64,000 bases of DNA from Mantamonas sphyraenae STR306 (lineage: Eukaryota > Protista > CRuMs), in the NCBI GenBank assembly GCA_026936335.1, contig JAPMXV010000049.1, forward strand, positions 434,001 through 498,000, read 5' to 3'. This document shows positions 23,378-35,100 of the stretch, piece after piece (within the stretch, counting starts at the first letter, position 1; each line of letters begins with the position of its first letter). The notes under the pieces are model-generated. The model had not been told where the DNA came from. It did not search any database and saw only the letters and a list, made by a program, of their open reading frames with translations. Both the position numbers and the translations under genes were made by a program.

Positions 23378-25711
23378 TCAGAAATCCTCGGCTGCACGCA
23401 GGTCCTGGCGGAATTGCAACGTGATGTCCACGGTGGTGCGCAACACCTCCATGGTCAGACTGTCGCCTCCATCCTTGGCCAGGGCCAGACCCAGACGCAC
23501 CACGTTCTTGATTTGGCGGCCGTTGAGCTCGTGCTTGGCCAGTTCTGCGGTATCGATGGACTCCAGATCGATCATCGTCTGTTCGCTGTCCTCGCCCTGA
23601 TACTTCTCATAGGCACTCTGCAGCAGGTTCTTCCACACCTGCTCACGTGCACTCTCGTCCAGCACGCTGTACTTGAGGGCCACGGTGACGCGGGACTCAA
23701 AGGCAGGGTCAAAGTCTTTCACACGGTTCGTGGTCAGAAACAGGGTGCCGCTGTGGTACTCAATGAGCCTCAGCATGACAGAGACCATGGCGTTGCGCAG
23801 GATGTCACTGTTGCGCTTCTCCAGAAACGTGTCTGCCTCGTCAATCAGCACCAACGCCTCCCACTTGGAACACAGGTCCAGCAACTCACGCAGACGCGTC
23901 TCCACCTGTTCCGGGTCCACACCCAGGTCACCAATGCTCACGTAGTACAGCGGCTTGTGCAGCAGCTCCGCAATCGCCTCTGCCGTCAGCGTCTTGCCCA
24001 CGCCAGGTGGTCCGTGCAGCAGAAACACGTTGGCTGCAGACTTGCCCTGCAGGATGTCCGACCATGTGTCCTGTGTGTGCAGCACCAACGCACGGATCAG
24101 CCGCTTGCGTGCCTCGGGCAACACCAGCTGCTCAAACGCGCGGTCGTTGAACTCGATCTCAGAGATGCCCGACACCACCACGTGGCCCCATGACTTTGCG
24201 TTCAGCGAGTAGCCCACCACAGAAGGCCACGTTTGCCACAGCATGTCCTCCGGCACCGACTTGAACGCAGTCAGTCCCTCCGGCCCAAAGAAGCGTGATT
24301 CCTCGTCCTCCTCGTCCTCCTCTCCCTCCTCACCCCCGTCACTGCCTTTGGCATCGTTGGAGGACGAGGATGAGGAAGAAGACGACGACGACGACGACGA
24401 AGAGGTTGTGCCCACTGCAGTGCCCATCCCCACCGTGTACTTTTGGTCGCGAGTCCACTGTTGGAATCGGTTCATGGCCAGAGCGTACGCACGCGACGGT
24501 TCATCGCCCCAACGTGCACTGCTGTGACCAAAGTCATGTCCCGTCTCATCGTCGATGATCATGCGCCCTCCTGACGGCAGCAGGTCGTTGTTGCTGCGAT
24601 TCAGCACACTCTTTCCTCGCTGAGTGCGGTGGATAAAGAAGGATCCTCGGTCGTACTGCACAAAACGTGAGCCACCCACCGCGTACTGTGCATACAGGCG
24701 TCCACGTGCGGTCATCTGCTCCATGTCCGACTCGGAGACCGGGGTGTACGCAAGCTTGGGCAATTCTCGCTGCCCCACCCAGCCAGACATCACTTCCTCC
24801 GCTTCCACCACACAGAAAGCACGTCCCACGCCAGCCACAAACTCCAGAGACATGTGAAACGACAGCTGGATGCCAAAGAGCGACTTGTGCTGCTCGTAGT
24901 ACGAGCTCAGCACTCGGAAGCCACAGTATGCACCTGCAAGTCCACCCGCACGTGCCTTGACCAATGCCCCAGGCACATACAGCTCACTCAGATACTCAAA
25001 CTCCACCACGCCCATGGCCAGGTTCGCACGCGCCTCCATCAGCTGCTGGTGATTCTGGCGTTCCACCACACGGATCAGACGCAGCAAACCGGGACACATC
25101 ACGATGGTCTCGTCCGTGGCAATGCGATATCCAAACGAGTTGAGCAGTTCCAAGAAGCGTCGCTTCTCCACGGGCGACTGCAGCGGGCCGCTCGGTTCCG
25201 CGTCGCCCTCTGCACCATTCTCGTACATCACACGTGCGTTGTACCGCTTCATCATCAGGTAGAACGAACGGAACATGCCCAGCGACAGGTACAGATGCCG
25301 GAAGGGGATCTTGTTGGCCATGTTGTTCGTGGAGATGAACTTGCGGACCACCACCAGCAAGCTCACCTCCAGCACCTTGCCATCCTCCAACAGCGACACC
25401 GTTTTCGGCATCACAATGCGAGAGCCTGTGTGGTTGAATGTGATGCTTGTGGGTCGCGTGTCCTCCTCGTCCTGGCCCATGCCGTCGCTGGCCAGCGCAA
25501 AAGGAAGGTGTTCATCATCGACATCATTGCCTTCATCTTCCGCCTCCATCGCGTACAACTCCTCGCCCTGGCCCAGAGCACTCAGCATTTGTGCGTGGGA
25601 TGCAAGGATCTCCGTATGCATTTCTTCTTCCGTCATAGGTGGTGTCTCCTTGCTGCTGGAGCTCGCCGCTGCGGCGGCGGCTGCCTTTTTCTTCTTGCCA
25701 AAAAGTGACAT
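23378..25711 (-). CDS. AAA+ ATPase of the type expanded in filamentous fungi (DUF7025-like N-terminal region), ~777 aa
   Basis: Walker A LLHGPPGVGKTLTAEAIAE, Walker B LIDEADTFL, and LFLTTNRVKDFDPAFESR and LNGRQIKNVV. The upstream VVGYSLNAKSWG motif is typical of this family. Confidence 0.88.
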   Translation of the reverse strand: MSLFGKKKKAAAAAAASSSSKETPPMTEEEMHTEILASHAQMLSALGQGEELYAMEAEDEGNDVDDEHLPFALASDGMGQDEEDTRPTSITFNHTGSRIVMPKTVSLLEDGKVLEVSLLVVVRKFISTNNMANKIPFRHLYLSLGMFRSFYLMMKRYNARVMYENGAEGDAEPSGPLQSPVEKRRFLELLNSFGYRIATDETIVMCPGLLRLIRVVERQNHQQLMEARANLAMGVVEFEYLSELYVPGALVKARAGGLAGAYCGFRVLSSYYEQHKSLFGIQLSFHMSLEFVAGVGRAFCVVEAEEVMSGWVGQRELPKLAYTPVSESDMEQMTARGRLYAQYAVGGSRFVQYDRGSFFIHRTQRGKSVLNRSNNDLLPSGGRMIIDDETGHDFGHSSARWGDEPSRAYALAMNRFQQWTRDQKYTVGMGTAVGTTSSSSSSSSSSSSSSSNDAKGSDGGEEGEEDEEDEESRFFGPEGLTAFKSVPEDMLWQTWPSVVGYSLNAKSWGHVVVSGISEIEFNDRAFEQLVLPEARKRLIRALVLHTQDTWSDILQGKSAANVFLLHGPPGVGKTLTAEAIAELLHKPLYYVSIGDLGVDPEQVETRLRELLDLCSKWEALVLIDEADTFLEKRNSDILRNAMVSVMLRLIEYHSGTLFLTTNRVKDFDPAFESRVTVALKYSVLDESAREQVWKNLLQSAYEKYQGEDSEQTMIDLESIDTAELAKHELNGRQIKNVVRLGLALAKDGGDSLTMEVLRTTVDITLQFRQDLRAAEDF

Positions 25712-25736
25712 GGAAAATTTGCGTTCAGTTGCTTCC

Positions 25737-28714
25737 TCAGGCGCTGCCCCACACATCCACTTTTGTCACCGCCAGGTCTGGATTCAGAATGCCCATCTGC
25801 ACGCCCTGGTCGATGAGATCGCGCAGAGACGAGCCCTCGAGCTTGTGCTGGCCCAGCGACACCTGCCAAGAGTCCTTGAGCCGCACCACCGTGTTGTCTT
25901 GCGTAAACGATACCCCGTTGCCCTGTGCATACACCATGGCCTTGCTGTGGCGCACACTGATGCGCACCAAGAACGCACCATCCTCGAAAGGCCCGTGCTT
26001 CTGTGCGTATGCGCCGATCACCGCGTTGGTCGTCTCGTACCCGTGGTAGTACGGCTCCTTGGCCAGTGCCGTCAACTCGACAAAAAAGTCCCTGCTGTAC
26101 GGTGCCACAACTGCCAGAAGCATGGCACATGTCTTCTCCAACACCCTGAAATCGTTCTCGTCCCTGTTTTGGCCGGGGGGCAGACACACCATGGACCTGA
26201 GTGCCAACAGATCATCTTCGTCATCGCCAATGCGTGTGTACACGGGCGATCCGTTCAGATCCTGCACAAACAACTCCCACATCTGCTCCTTGCTGCGTGT
26301 GCCAAACGTCAACGCCCAATCCGTGTTGGCCCTCTCGTCGCCAAGGTCCACCGGATCCACCTCCTTGCTGTAGTGGATGATCTCTTCGAGTTCCTTCAGG
26401 TGGTGTGTAAACACCCCCTCCATGTCGATGTGCCTCCCCTGTGCCCATTCGCGCTTCAGCAACTCCATCAGCATGCCCAGACGCATGGCGTTGCCCGAGG
26501 TGATGTGCAACACCGCACCCGACGTCTCGTACACCTTGCCTGTGTACAGTGAATCCGCACCCAGGTGGTCCACCCACACCTCGTCCACATACCGCACCAC
26601 AGGCACGTGCACGTGGCTCACCTGACCCTCCATCCTGAACATGGGCTGCCCACGACAGGTGATCAGAGCATAAACATTGCCCTGTAGCAGTCTGGTCAGA
26701 TAATTCACGGTCTGCTGGTCTGCCCTGCTCCTGCCCGAGTGCGCCTTGAGCAGATTCTGCGCCCCATCCAACACCAGCAGGATCGACTTGCCACCCTGTG
26801 TTTGCTCACGCAGCAACGCCTCCACATCCACGCCTCCTGTGTGGCCCCCATCTACGCCCATCTGGGCACCCAAACACACAGCCAGGGCACGTTCAAACTC
26901 GGCCACCGTGCTGACTTGTTCCAGCGACACCCACACCACACCTCCGCCAAACACACGCCTGTCGTTGAGCATCTGCGCAATCACTGCCGCAAAGTGCGAC
27001 TTGCCACATCCTTCGCTGCCGTAGAGCACCATCAGCTTCTTGCTCTGTCTCCGCAGCATGGTCATGGTCAGCCGCAGTTTGACAAACCGGTGCACGTCGT
27101 ACACCGTCCTGTACGCACGCTTCTCCCCATGCCACTCCTTGGGCAGCACCAGCCTGTCTGGCATTCCCTTTTGACTCAGCTGCAGTCCCGATGATGACGC
27201 TGATGCCTCGGTCGACGAGGTCACGCTCTGCATCGTGGTCCCTGTGTGCACCTCCTCCTCACCCTCGGGCAACAGCACAAACAGCGTCGAGTCGACACTG
27301 CTCTCCACCAACGCTTGGTCAAATGCCTCCTGCACGTTGCTCCCATTGGCCAGTAGAGACCAGAAGCGTCCTGCAAACGCAAGGCTATCCTCCGTTGTGC
27401 ACTCGTCCTCCTTCACCTTGCACACCACGTGTGGCACCCCAACATTGAGCAGGTACTGTGCCGTGTCCCTGCAATTCTCCAACAGGTCCACAAACACCAC
27501 TTCCGGCTTGCTTTTCGACTCCTCCAGCCGTTCTGTGAACCCTTTCACGCCACTCTTGCTGCTCTTCCGCTCTGACGAGTACATCGATCCACTGAATTCG
27601 TCCTCATACATCAACACCTCGCCCGCATTGCGGTAGGATCGTCCGTACAGATGCACCATGTGTTTGCCAAAATGGCACAGCGAGGCGAGATTCAGAGGCG
27701 CCTGAGCGAACCGAGCAAGGGGGAGGGGTTGCGTCAGCGATGTGTGTGTGCGTGCGTGTGTGTGTGTGTGTGTGTGTGCACCTGTACGTCCTCCACACAC
27801 ACAATGGATGGACACACCCAGCTACCTGCTCCTAGGAGTGTGCAGGGGAAACTCACCATTTTCAGCTCGGTCGGCGACACGACGGTGTCATGGAGCTGAG
27901 CGGCCAGGCGACGGTAGACTGAGTCAACATCCAGGGGCTGGAGGGGCAGACCCAGTTTCCGTGGCCAACCGTCGCCCCCGGATGTGGAGGAGAGGCTGGT
28001 GGGAAGTGGGAGGTCGTCGTTGAGGGCAGAGGGAACGTCGACCAAGCTTGCGCTGCTGCTGCCGTTGCTGCTTGTGGCCCACTCGTGCGCACGGAAGGAT
28101 CGTACGTCCTTGCCAGGCATAAAATTCAACACCTCCTGCTGGTACTCTGGATCCACGTCGCCAAACGTGTCCATGTCGATGTCCAGGGGCGAACAGTGCA
28201 GGAAAGACAAGGTCAGCTGTGCATCCAGCGAGCCTTTGGACGCAGACGACTCGCTCGTCTCCTGCTGCAGCAACGACGACGACAACGAACTGGACAGCGA
28301 CGTGGTCCCATCCAACGATGCACGTGACTTTGCAGCCAGTGCCACCTTGGCCACCAGAGGCTCGTCGCCCAGAGTGGCCACTTTGCCTTGCGTCCAGGGT
28401 GTGTTTGTGTCTCTCGCAGACGAGGAGGAGGAGGAGGAAGGCAAAGACGACACGGAGGATGAGCTCAGGGCAAGGTCAAACACCGTCACGGTTTGGTCAC
28501 TGGGCAGTTGCAGACGTTCCCCAAGCACACGTGCGAGTTCCTGCTTGATCTCCTCGGGCCCGTCGCTTCCACGCAGCCCAGCCAGCAGATACTGATTGAA
28601 ATGTGCATCGGCAATGTTGCTCACCTGCACGCGCACACTGTACAGCGCTTCACCGCCAGCCAGCGAAGACGACGACGATGACGAAGACGATGAGTGCAGC
28701 GGACCAAACTGCAT
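25737..28714 (-). CDS. CHAT(pseudo) - STAND ATPase - EF-hand/SH2 protein, paralogue 2 (~940 aa); exons 28714-27857, 27701-25737
   Basis: CHAT-fold motifs (SFLHCSPL, LMYEDE, GVPHVV, VQEAFDQA) are present but the catalytic segments read HLYGRS and VFVDLLENC. Walker A GSEGCGKS, Walker B ILLVLDGAQ, sensor ALITCR, SH2 PYYHGY...GAFLVRIS. One phase-0 GTGAGT...CAG intron. Confidence 0.8.
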
Positions 28715-28755
28715 CCGGCGGTTGTTTTGCTTTTTCTGTGTCGGCGCCACCGCGG

Positions 28756-28787
<32 letters not shown>

Positions 28788-28812
28788 AACCTTTCCCTGA
28801 GCCACATGCACG

Positions 28813-31800
28813 CTATCGCATCCCAGCCAATCGCATGGCTGCCCGTTTTGCTGCCACTCGCAATCCCACGCTGCCAACTTCGCTCCGCAAAAACCCTGCT
28901 GCTGCTGCCACCACCTGGTTGCTGTCCAACGCACCCGACACAAGCAACTGCTCGTTCTCTCTCAGGATATCCCTCACCACGCCTAAAGCCTCGTTGCGTG
29001 TCATCACGTCCACCTCCTTCACCACCACATCCGCAAACTTGCTGCTGCTTCCTGTGCTGGACATCTCATCGCTTGCCAGGCGCCGGAAGAACTCACTCAA
29101 ACGGTACGCATTGCCAACGACAAAGGATTCCAGGTGCGACTTGCACAGTTTGTCCTTGCGCAGGTGTGCAGGCAGATCGGTGGGGTTGCCTGTGCCCAAC
29201 GCAGACAGCACCTGTGCCACCAGCGTCAGGTTGTGCTCCGCCGCTTCCACCCTCTCCTGTGCCAGGTCGTCCGGAGGGCCCAGGTTCCACTTGTGGGGCT
29301 CCGTGAGAACGTGGACGACGAGCGAGGACATGACCAGGCGAGACAGGCTTGCACGCACCATTTTGCTGGACACCCCAAAGCGCACGACGATGACATTGGC
29401 CAGGGTGCGACACAATGCACACACCATTTCGGGCATGGAGTCACGTGCATCCAACAGCGCCTGCACGAGCACAAGTACGCCCTTTGCCAGCAGTTGTTTC
29501 ACGTTGCTCTTCTGCTTGCTTGCCTTCAGGCCATCCTCAGCCGTCACCAGCCATTTGCCCTTGCGACCCCACAGTGTGCCGATGTACGAACCCAGGGCCC
29601 CATGCACCCATCCACGCACTTCGGCGTCGTTGACAAACACACACCCGGCCATGCGGTACCCCAGCGTGCACGATTGCTGTCGTTCTCCTCCACAATGTCC
29701 TGCGTGAGTTGAGCCACCGCCCCACTCAATGCTCGCTCCCTGCTGTGTCGGAAACAGATGGAAAACAAAGCCTGCGCCACGCGCGGGCCCTGATCCTCCG
29801 TCACCGCCAGCTGGCACATGGTCACCATACGTGCTTCCATCACCCAGCGTTCCAGCACCGCGTCGTCGTCCAGCCACTGGGCAAACAGAGCGTAGCGTTC
29901 CTCAGGTCCACCCGCAGACAGCAGCTCAGTCACAAGTGCCGATTCACTCGACGTCGGTGGCACCAACGCGACGCAACCGTGTCGCAAATCACATCCAACG
30001 ACACCGTGCCCTGTCGCACCAGGCGACGTAGCAACCCACGCACCTGTTTGTAAAACGTGAGCGCGTCTGCGTGAAGATACGTGTCGAGTGCCATGGCTGC
30101 ATCGTCTGCCTCCTCCAGCACCAATGCCTGCACCATGCGACGTGGCAACACGCCTCCCGGGTACGTGCTGCACAGATCCGTCAGCGTGTCACACAGCAGA
30201 TCGATGGGCATTGCCTCCAGCTTTGTCCCACTTCCACCAATCCCTGTACCACTGCTTCTGTTGCCAATACTGCTACTGCTACTGCTGCTGCTGCTGCTGT
30301 GGTCCTCGCCACCCATCAAAGCACGCACAACACCAATCTTGGCCTCCACGCTGAACGAACCCGAAAACAGGTCCAGGTTGCGACTTCCATGCCGTGCCAC
30401 TCCATACTCGATTGCACTCACCAACGGACCCACAATGTCCAGTCGAGCCTGTGTGTTGAGTTGAATGTACGGCACCAGCACGTGCAACTCCTCCTCCCCT
30501 TCCTCCTCCTCCTCCTCCTCCCCTGTCCCTTGCTTCTTCCGTGTCTGAACATCATCCGCTCCCTCGTGTCCTTGCATGACCCCTGCGCCGTCGTCGGCAT
30601 CACCAACCACGACCTGCTGCCCTGCAACCTTGCCGTTCTCCTTTCCAGCACCTCCTCCACTCCCACTGCGCGGCGTCGTTGGCATGGCCACCTGCACCAA
30701 CGACATGCTTGTCCTCTGTTTCCCATGCAACAGAGATCCCGAACTGTGTTTGTGCTTGCTCAGCGACGCAGGTCGCTTCTTCTTTGGCAGCACAAAATGC
30801 TCGGCTGCCTCCGCTTCCTCCTCTTCCCCGTCCTCCTCCTCTCCCTCTCCCTCTCCCTCTCCCTCCTCTTCGCCTCTCCTCCCATCTCCTACCTCTGTCT
30901 CCTGGCCTTCTCTTGCCTCCAGATCCATCACCGAACGCGGGACAGCAATCCCCACATCGTCACGCACCATGGCCACACCCGCTCCTGCCCGCTCCCCTGC
31001 CTCTTGTCCGTTGCCGCCGTTGCCATCATCCGCACCAAATCCAACTGATCCTGAGACATGGATGCTCGGCCGTTGGCAGTGGATGCTTGTTCCATCCATG
31101 CACGCAGACGTGCCTGCAGCTCCCTGGGTCCCGCTCCACCCACACGTGTCCCTCCCACACCCCCCAGTCCCATCACTGTGTCCTTCTCTGGTTCGTCCGC
31201 CAGACGCATTTGGTCCTTGTGGAACTGCTGCGCCAGTGGGTTCTGGTCAACCAGCGCTGCCCACGCCTGGATCTGTTCCCGTTTCGACGCAGACACCCCT
31301 TCCATCCATGCCTCGATGTCCCCCTCCTGACCCTTGCTCAGTTCCTTCATACCACCCCTCTGTTCTCCTTGCTTGGCCCGTGCCGCGCGTGCCTGTGCCC
31401 GGCGCTGCACCGCTCTCCGTCGTTCCGCCGCCTTCTCCTCCTCCTTTGCCGCCGCCGCCTTGGCCATTGCCTCTGCAGACTGAACGCCCCACCGCGTCCT
31501 CTCTGCCTCTTCGCGTGCCTCGATGTTCCGTCGTGCCGTTTCCACTCGCTGTCTGCTCGTCTCCTGCACCCGTGCCGTCGCCGTGTCACCCACCGCCTCG
31601 CTTGGCGCCATCTTTCGTTTCAAGCTCTGCAACCGCACACGCGTCCGCTCCTCCGTCTGTCCACGCTCATCCCCACTTCGCCTCACGCTTGCCATTCCAT
31701 TGGCCACCATCCCTTGCCGTCCACTCTCCTCTGTGTTCCCTCTCCTCTCTCTCTCTCGGCGGTCAATTCTGTGTAGCTCGGCCCCCGCTCCTGCTCCTTT

Positions 31801-32045
31801 TCCTCCCCTGTGCGCTCTGTGTCCCGTCTTGGTCCGTACAATCGCTCTCGTTCCCTTTGCTCCTGTTTCTTCTCCAGTTCCTTGCGCCGTGTGGCCAGCC
31901 GCAGACGCCCTTGATCCATCTCAGCCCACACGCTCTCCAGTTCCCGCTCCTGCGCCGCAAACACCTTGCGCACGCGTGCAAGGTCCTTCGTACGCCGTGA
32001 CCTGGCCCCACGTCGACTCCGTCCTCCACCTGTTGTGCTCGACAT
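28813..32045 (-). CDS. Coiled-coil + degenerate RhoGAP-like + degenerate RasGAP-like protein; about 4 apparent frameshifts (~31750, ~31035, ~29974, ~29680)
   Basis: Five overlapping ORF pieces join with single-base shifts. RhoGAP-like segments AIEYGVARHG..LDLFSGS and DLLCDTLTDLCSTYPGGVLP. RasGAP-like segments MPEMVCALCRTL, VLTEPHKWNL, HNLTLVAQVLSAL and LESFVVGNAYRLSEFF. Confidence 0.6.
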
Positions 32046-32109
32046 TATCCTCCTGATCAACAAACAGCTTGCCTGCTCCTGCGCCCCCCGCACCATCCCC
32101 GTCTCGCCC

Positions 32110-35100
32110 ATGGTCAAGATCAAGGTCAATGTGGACGACCAGTGCGTCATGGTCCTGGCCAAGAAGAACCTCACTGTCGATGACATCCTTGCCAAGGTGG
32201 TGAAAACCTACAAGCAAAAGAGTGGCAACGACATTGAGCTCTCCGCCCTCGAGTGCGACGGCTCCATCCTCGACGGCGACTACACCGTCGAGGACCTCAT
32301 GGACGAGGACCTCATCCAAGAGGACAATCCCTTTGTGGCCGTCAGTACGTTTGGCGTTTCCACTTACCCGTCTCGCCTTCCCACCACACACTACCCGGGC
32401 GTCCATCTGCGCGCCGCAAGGTTTTTTCATCCATCCCGTCTCGATCGGGGAGCCCGCTCACACACACACGCGCACACTCGTCACAGTCAAACAGGGCAGC
32501 CCGCTGCCTCAGGAGAACCACTCGGTTGCCTCTTCGTCGTCGATGGCCAACAGCACATCCGCACCGGGCTCTCCAGCGCCCTCCACAGACGGCGGTCTCT
32601 CAGCGTGGGTTTTCCCCTCTTCCCGACGCCGCTCGCCGCCTTTCCCACCCTCGCTCACGCCTTGCCACGCTTGCCCATCCCCTTGTACTGTCTCCCATAC
32701 CAATCCTCGTACACGGGCCAATCTCCTTCCACCCCTCTCCGCAATGCACCCGCCCATGACCATCCACAGCGAGGGCTCCGAAGAATTCATCGTCTCCAGC
32801 TTCAGCACCTCGGCCGAGGACGAGTACCCGTCCTCGGGCTCTCGCCATGGTTCCTCCTCAGACTTTGGCGTCTCATCCTCCTCCTCCCTCAGCGAGTTTC
32901 CGTCGCGTCAGGGCCTGATGGACCGAATCCACGGCCTCAAGAGCACGGGCACCTCGGCCCGCGTGAAAAACATTGATCTCGGCTTCCTCTTCTCTTCGCC
33001 CCTGGTGTACACAGAAAGCTCGTCCTCCGAGCTCAAGGAGCTCCAGCTCCTCAATCTCCGCCAAGAGAACAAGATGCTCCTCAACGTGCTGGCCGAAGCT
33101 GGCGTCGGCGTCGTTGCCAAGCAGGAGAATGCCACCATCAACAACTTCCGCTTCCTCATCAACGACGGCTGCCGCGCTTTTCATTATTCCGGCCACGGCA
33201 TGCTCAACTCCCTCACATGTGCGTTCTCCACACCTGGGCTCCTCCCCGTTCCCCTCACCACATGCACACGCACACACACACATACACGCACACACGCGCG
33301 TACATACCGCCCAAGAGCGTTTTTTTTGGGGCCTAACGCAACTGCCGCATTGGCCGCGTTTGTTCTCGTCCCTACCCCGGCCCCTTGCTGCATGGCCTTT
33401 TGATGATCCACACAACCTCCCATTCTCTCACCTCAGCTCACACACATCACGACGCACACACGCCGCACCCTGGAACCTCCACCTCCAACCACAAAACAAC
33501 CCCGCGCACAGTTGAGGACCAGGTTGGACGAACGCACGACCTGGACGTCGACGACCTCAAGGTGCTCTTTTCCGCCGGCGGCACCAACTCGGTCACGTTT
33601 GTGTTTGTGTCCGCGTGCTACTCTTTCAACGCAGGCAAGACGTTTGTAGAGGCCGGTGTGCCCCATGTGGTGGCGGTCAAGCAGCAAAAGATCCTCGACT
33701 TTGTCTGCCGTGAGTTTGCCAAGCAGTTCTACTACAACCTTGTGACGGGCAAAACCGTGCAGCAGTCCTTCGACATTGCAAAGTCGTACATCAAGGCCCA
33801 GAAGCCAGACGTGCACCTTAAGGATCCCCACGCGGCCGCCGAGCTCTTTGTCCTCTTGCCCGAGGACGGCGACCACGACATTGCCATCTTCCCCGACCTG
33901 GACGAGGACGACACGCTGGAAGAGGTGGATCCGGTCAACACAACGGGCCTCCCACCCTACCCCAACATCTTTTACGGCCGCGGCGTCGCCCTCCACAACC
34001 TCATCAACCTCATGCACAAGGAGCAAACCAACCTCGTCACCGTGTCGGGCGAGTACGGCGTGGGCAAGAGCACCCTCGTCAACGCCATGGTCCACTACCT
34101 CAACGACAGGCGACGCTTCGAACGCGTGTTTTGGGTCGATGTAAAGGGCAAGCGCAACCTGGCTCAGTGCGTCACAACCATTGCACAGCGCATGGGTCTC
34201 AGTGGCTCCGAGCCAGAGGACATCAAGAAGTACCTTTTGGAAAACACGGGCCAGGACACGTCCGACAAAACCGTCCTCCTGGTCCTCGACGGCTTCGACT
34301 CGCTGCTGAAGAAGGTCACCGCAAAGGTGGACGACCTGGAAGAGGCCAGTGCAGGCGGCGCCGGCAGCAGCAGCAGCAACAGCAACAGCGGCGACGACGT
34401 GGACATCCTGGAGAATCCCGAAGCGGACCTTAGTCTCGACGACACCAGCGGCAGCAACGGAAGCGCAAAGGGCAAGCAACGTGAAATCACAACGTATACA
34501 GACGACGGCGTGTTGGACTTTGTGGGCTCGTTGCTGGACACCATCGAGAACCTCAAGGTGGTCATCACCCTGCGCGACAACATCGGCAAGCCCGTGGGCT
34601 CGCATGTGGCAGACAACTTTGAGGTGCCCGCCCTGACCCCGTATGCCTCGGCACAGGTGTTCCAGAAAATGGCGGCCCACCTGAGTTTGGACGAGCTCAA
34701 GCTGGAGCTGCAGAAGCACCGCTTCCCGCCCGGATCGCGCGTCAATGCCTTTATGCTGCTGTCGCTGCATCCTGTCATCCAGCTGCTGGCAGGCAACCCG
34801 CGACGCATCACACTGGCCGTGGCCAAGTTCAACGAAAAGGCAAATCGCTCGTTGCGGGAGCTGTACCAAATCTGCGAGAGCGACCTCCACGACGAGCTGT
34901 TTCGCGAGGGCGACGAGGTCGTGCAGAAGAAGGAGATTGCCATCGCCGACCCCGAGGGCAAGGAGGCTTGGGCGGATCTGTTTGGCCACAAGTTTGAGGT
35001 GGTCTGGTATGTGTTTATGCAGCAGATCATCAACAACTTTAACATCACGGCACAGAATCTGAAACTGATCAAGGGCCTTATTATTGACAAGAGCACAAAG

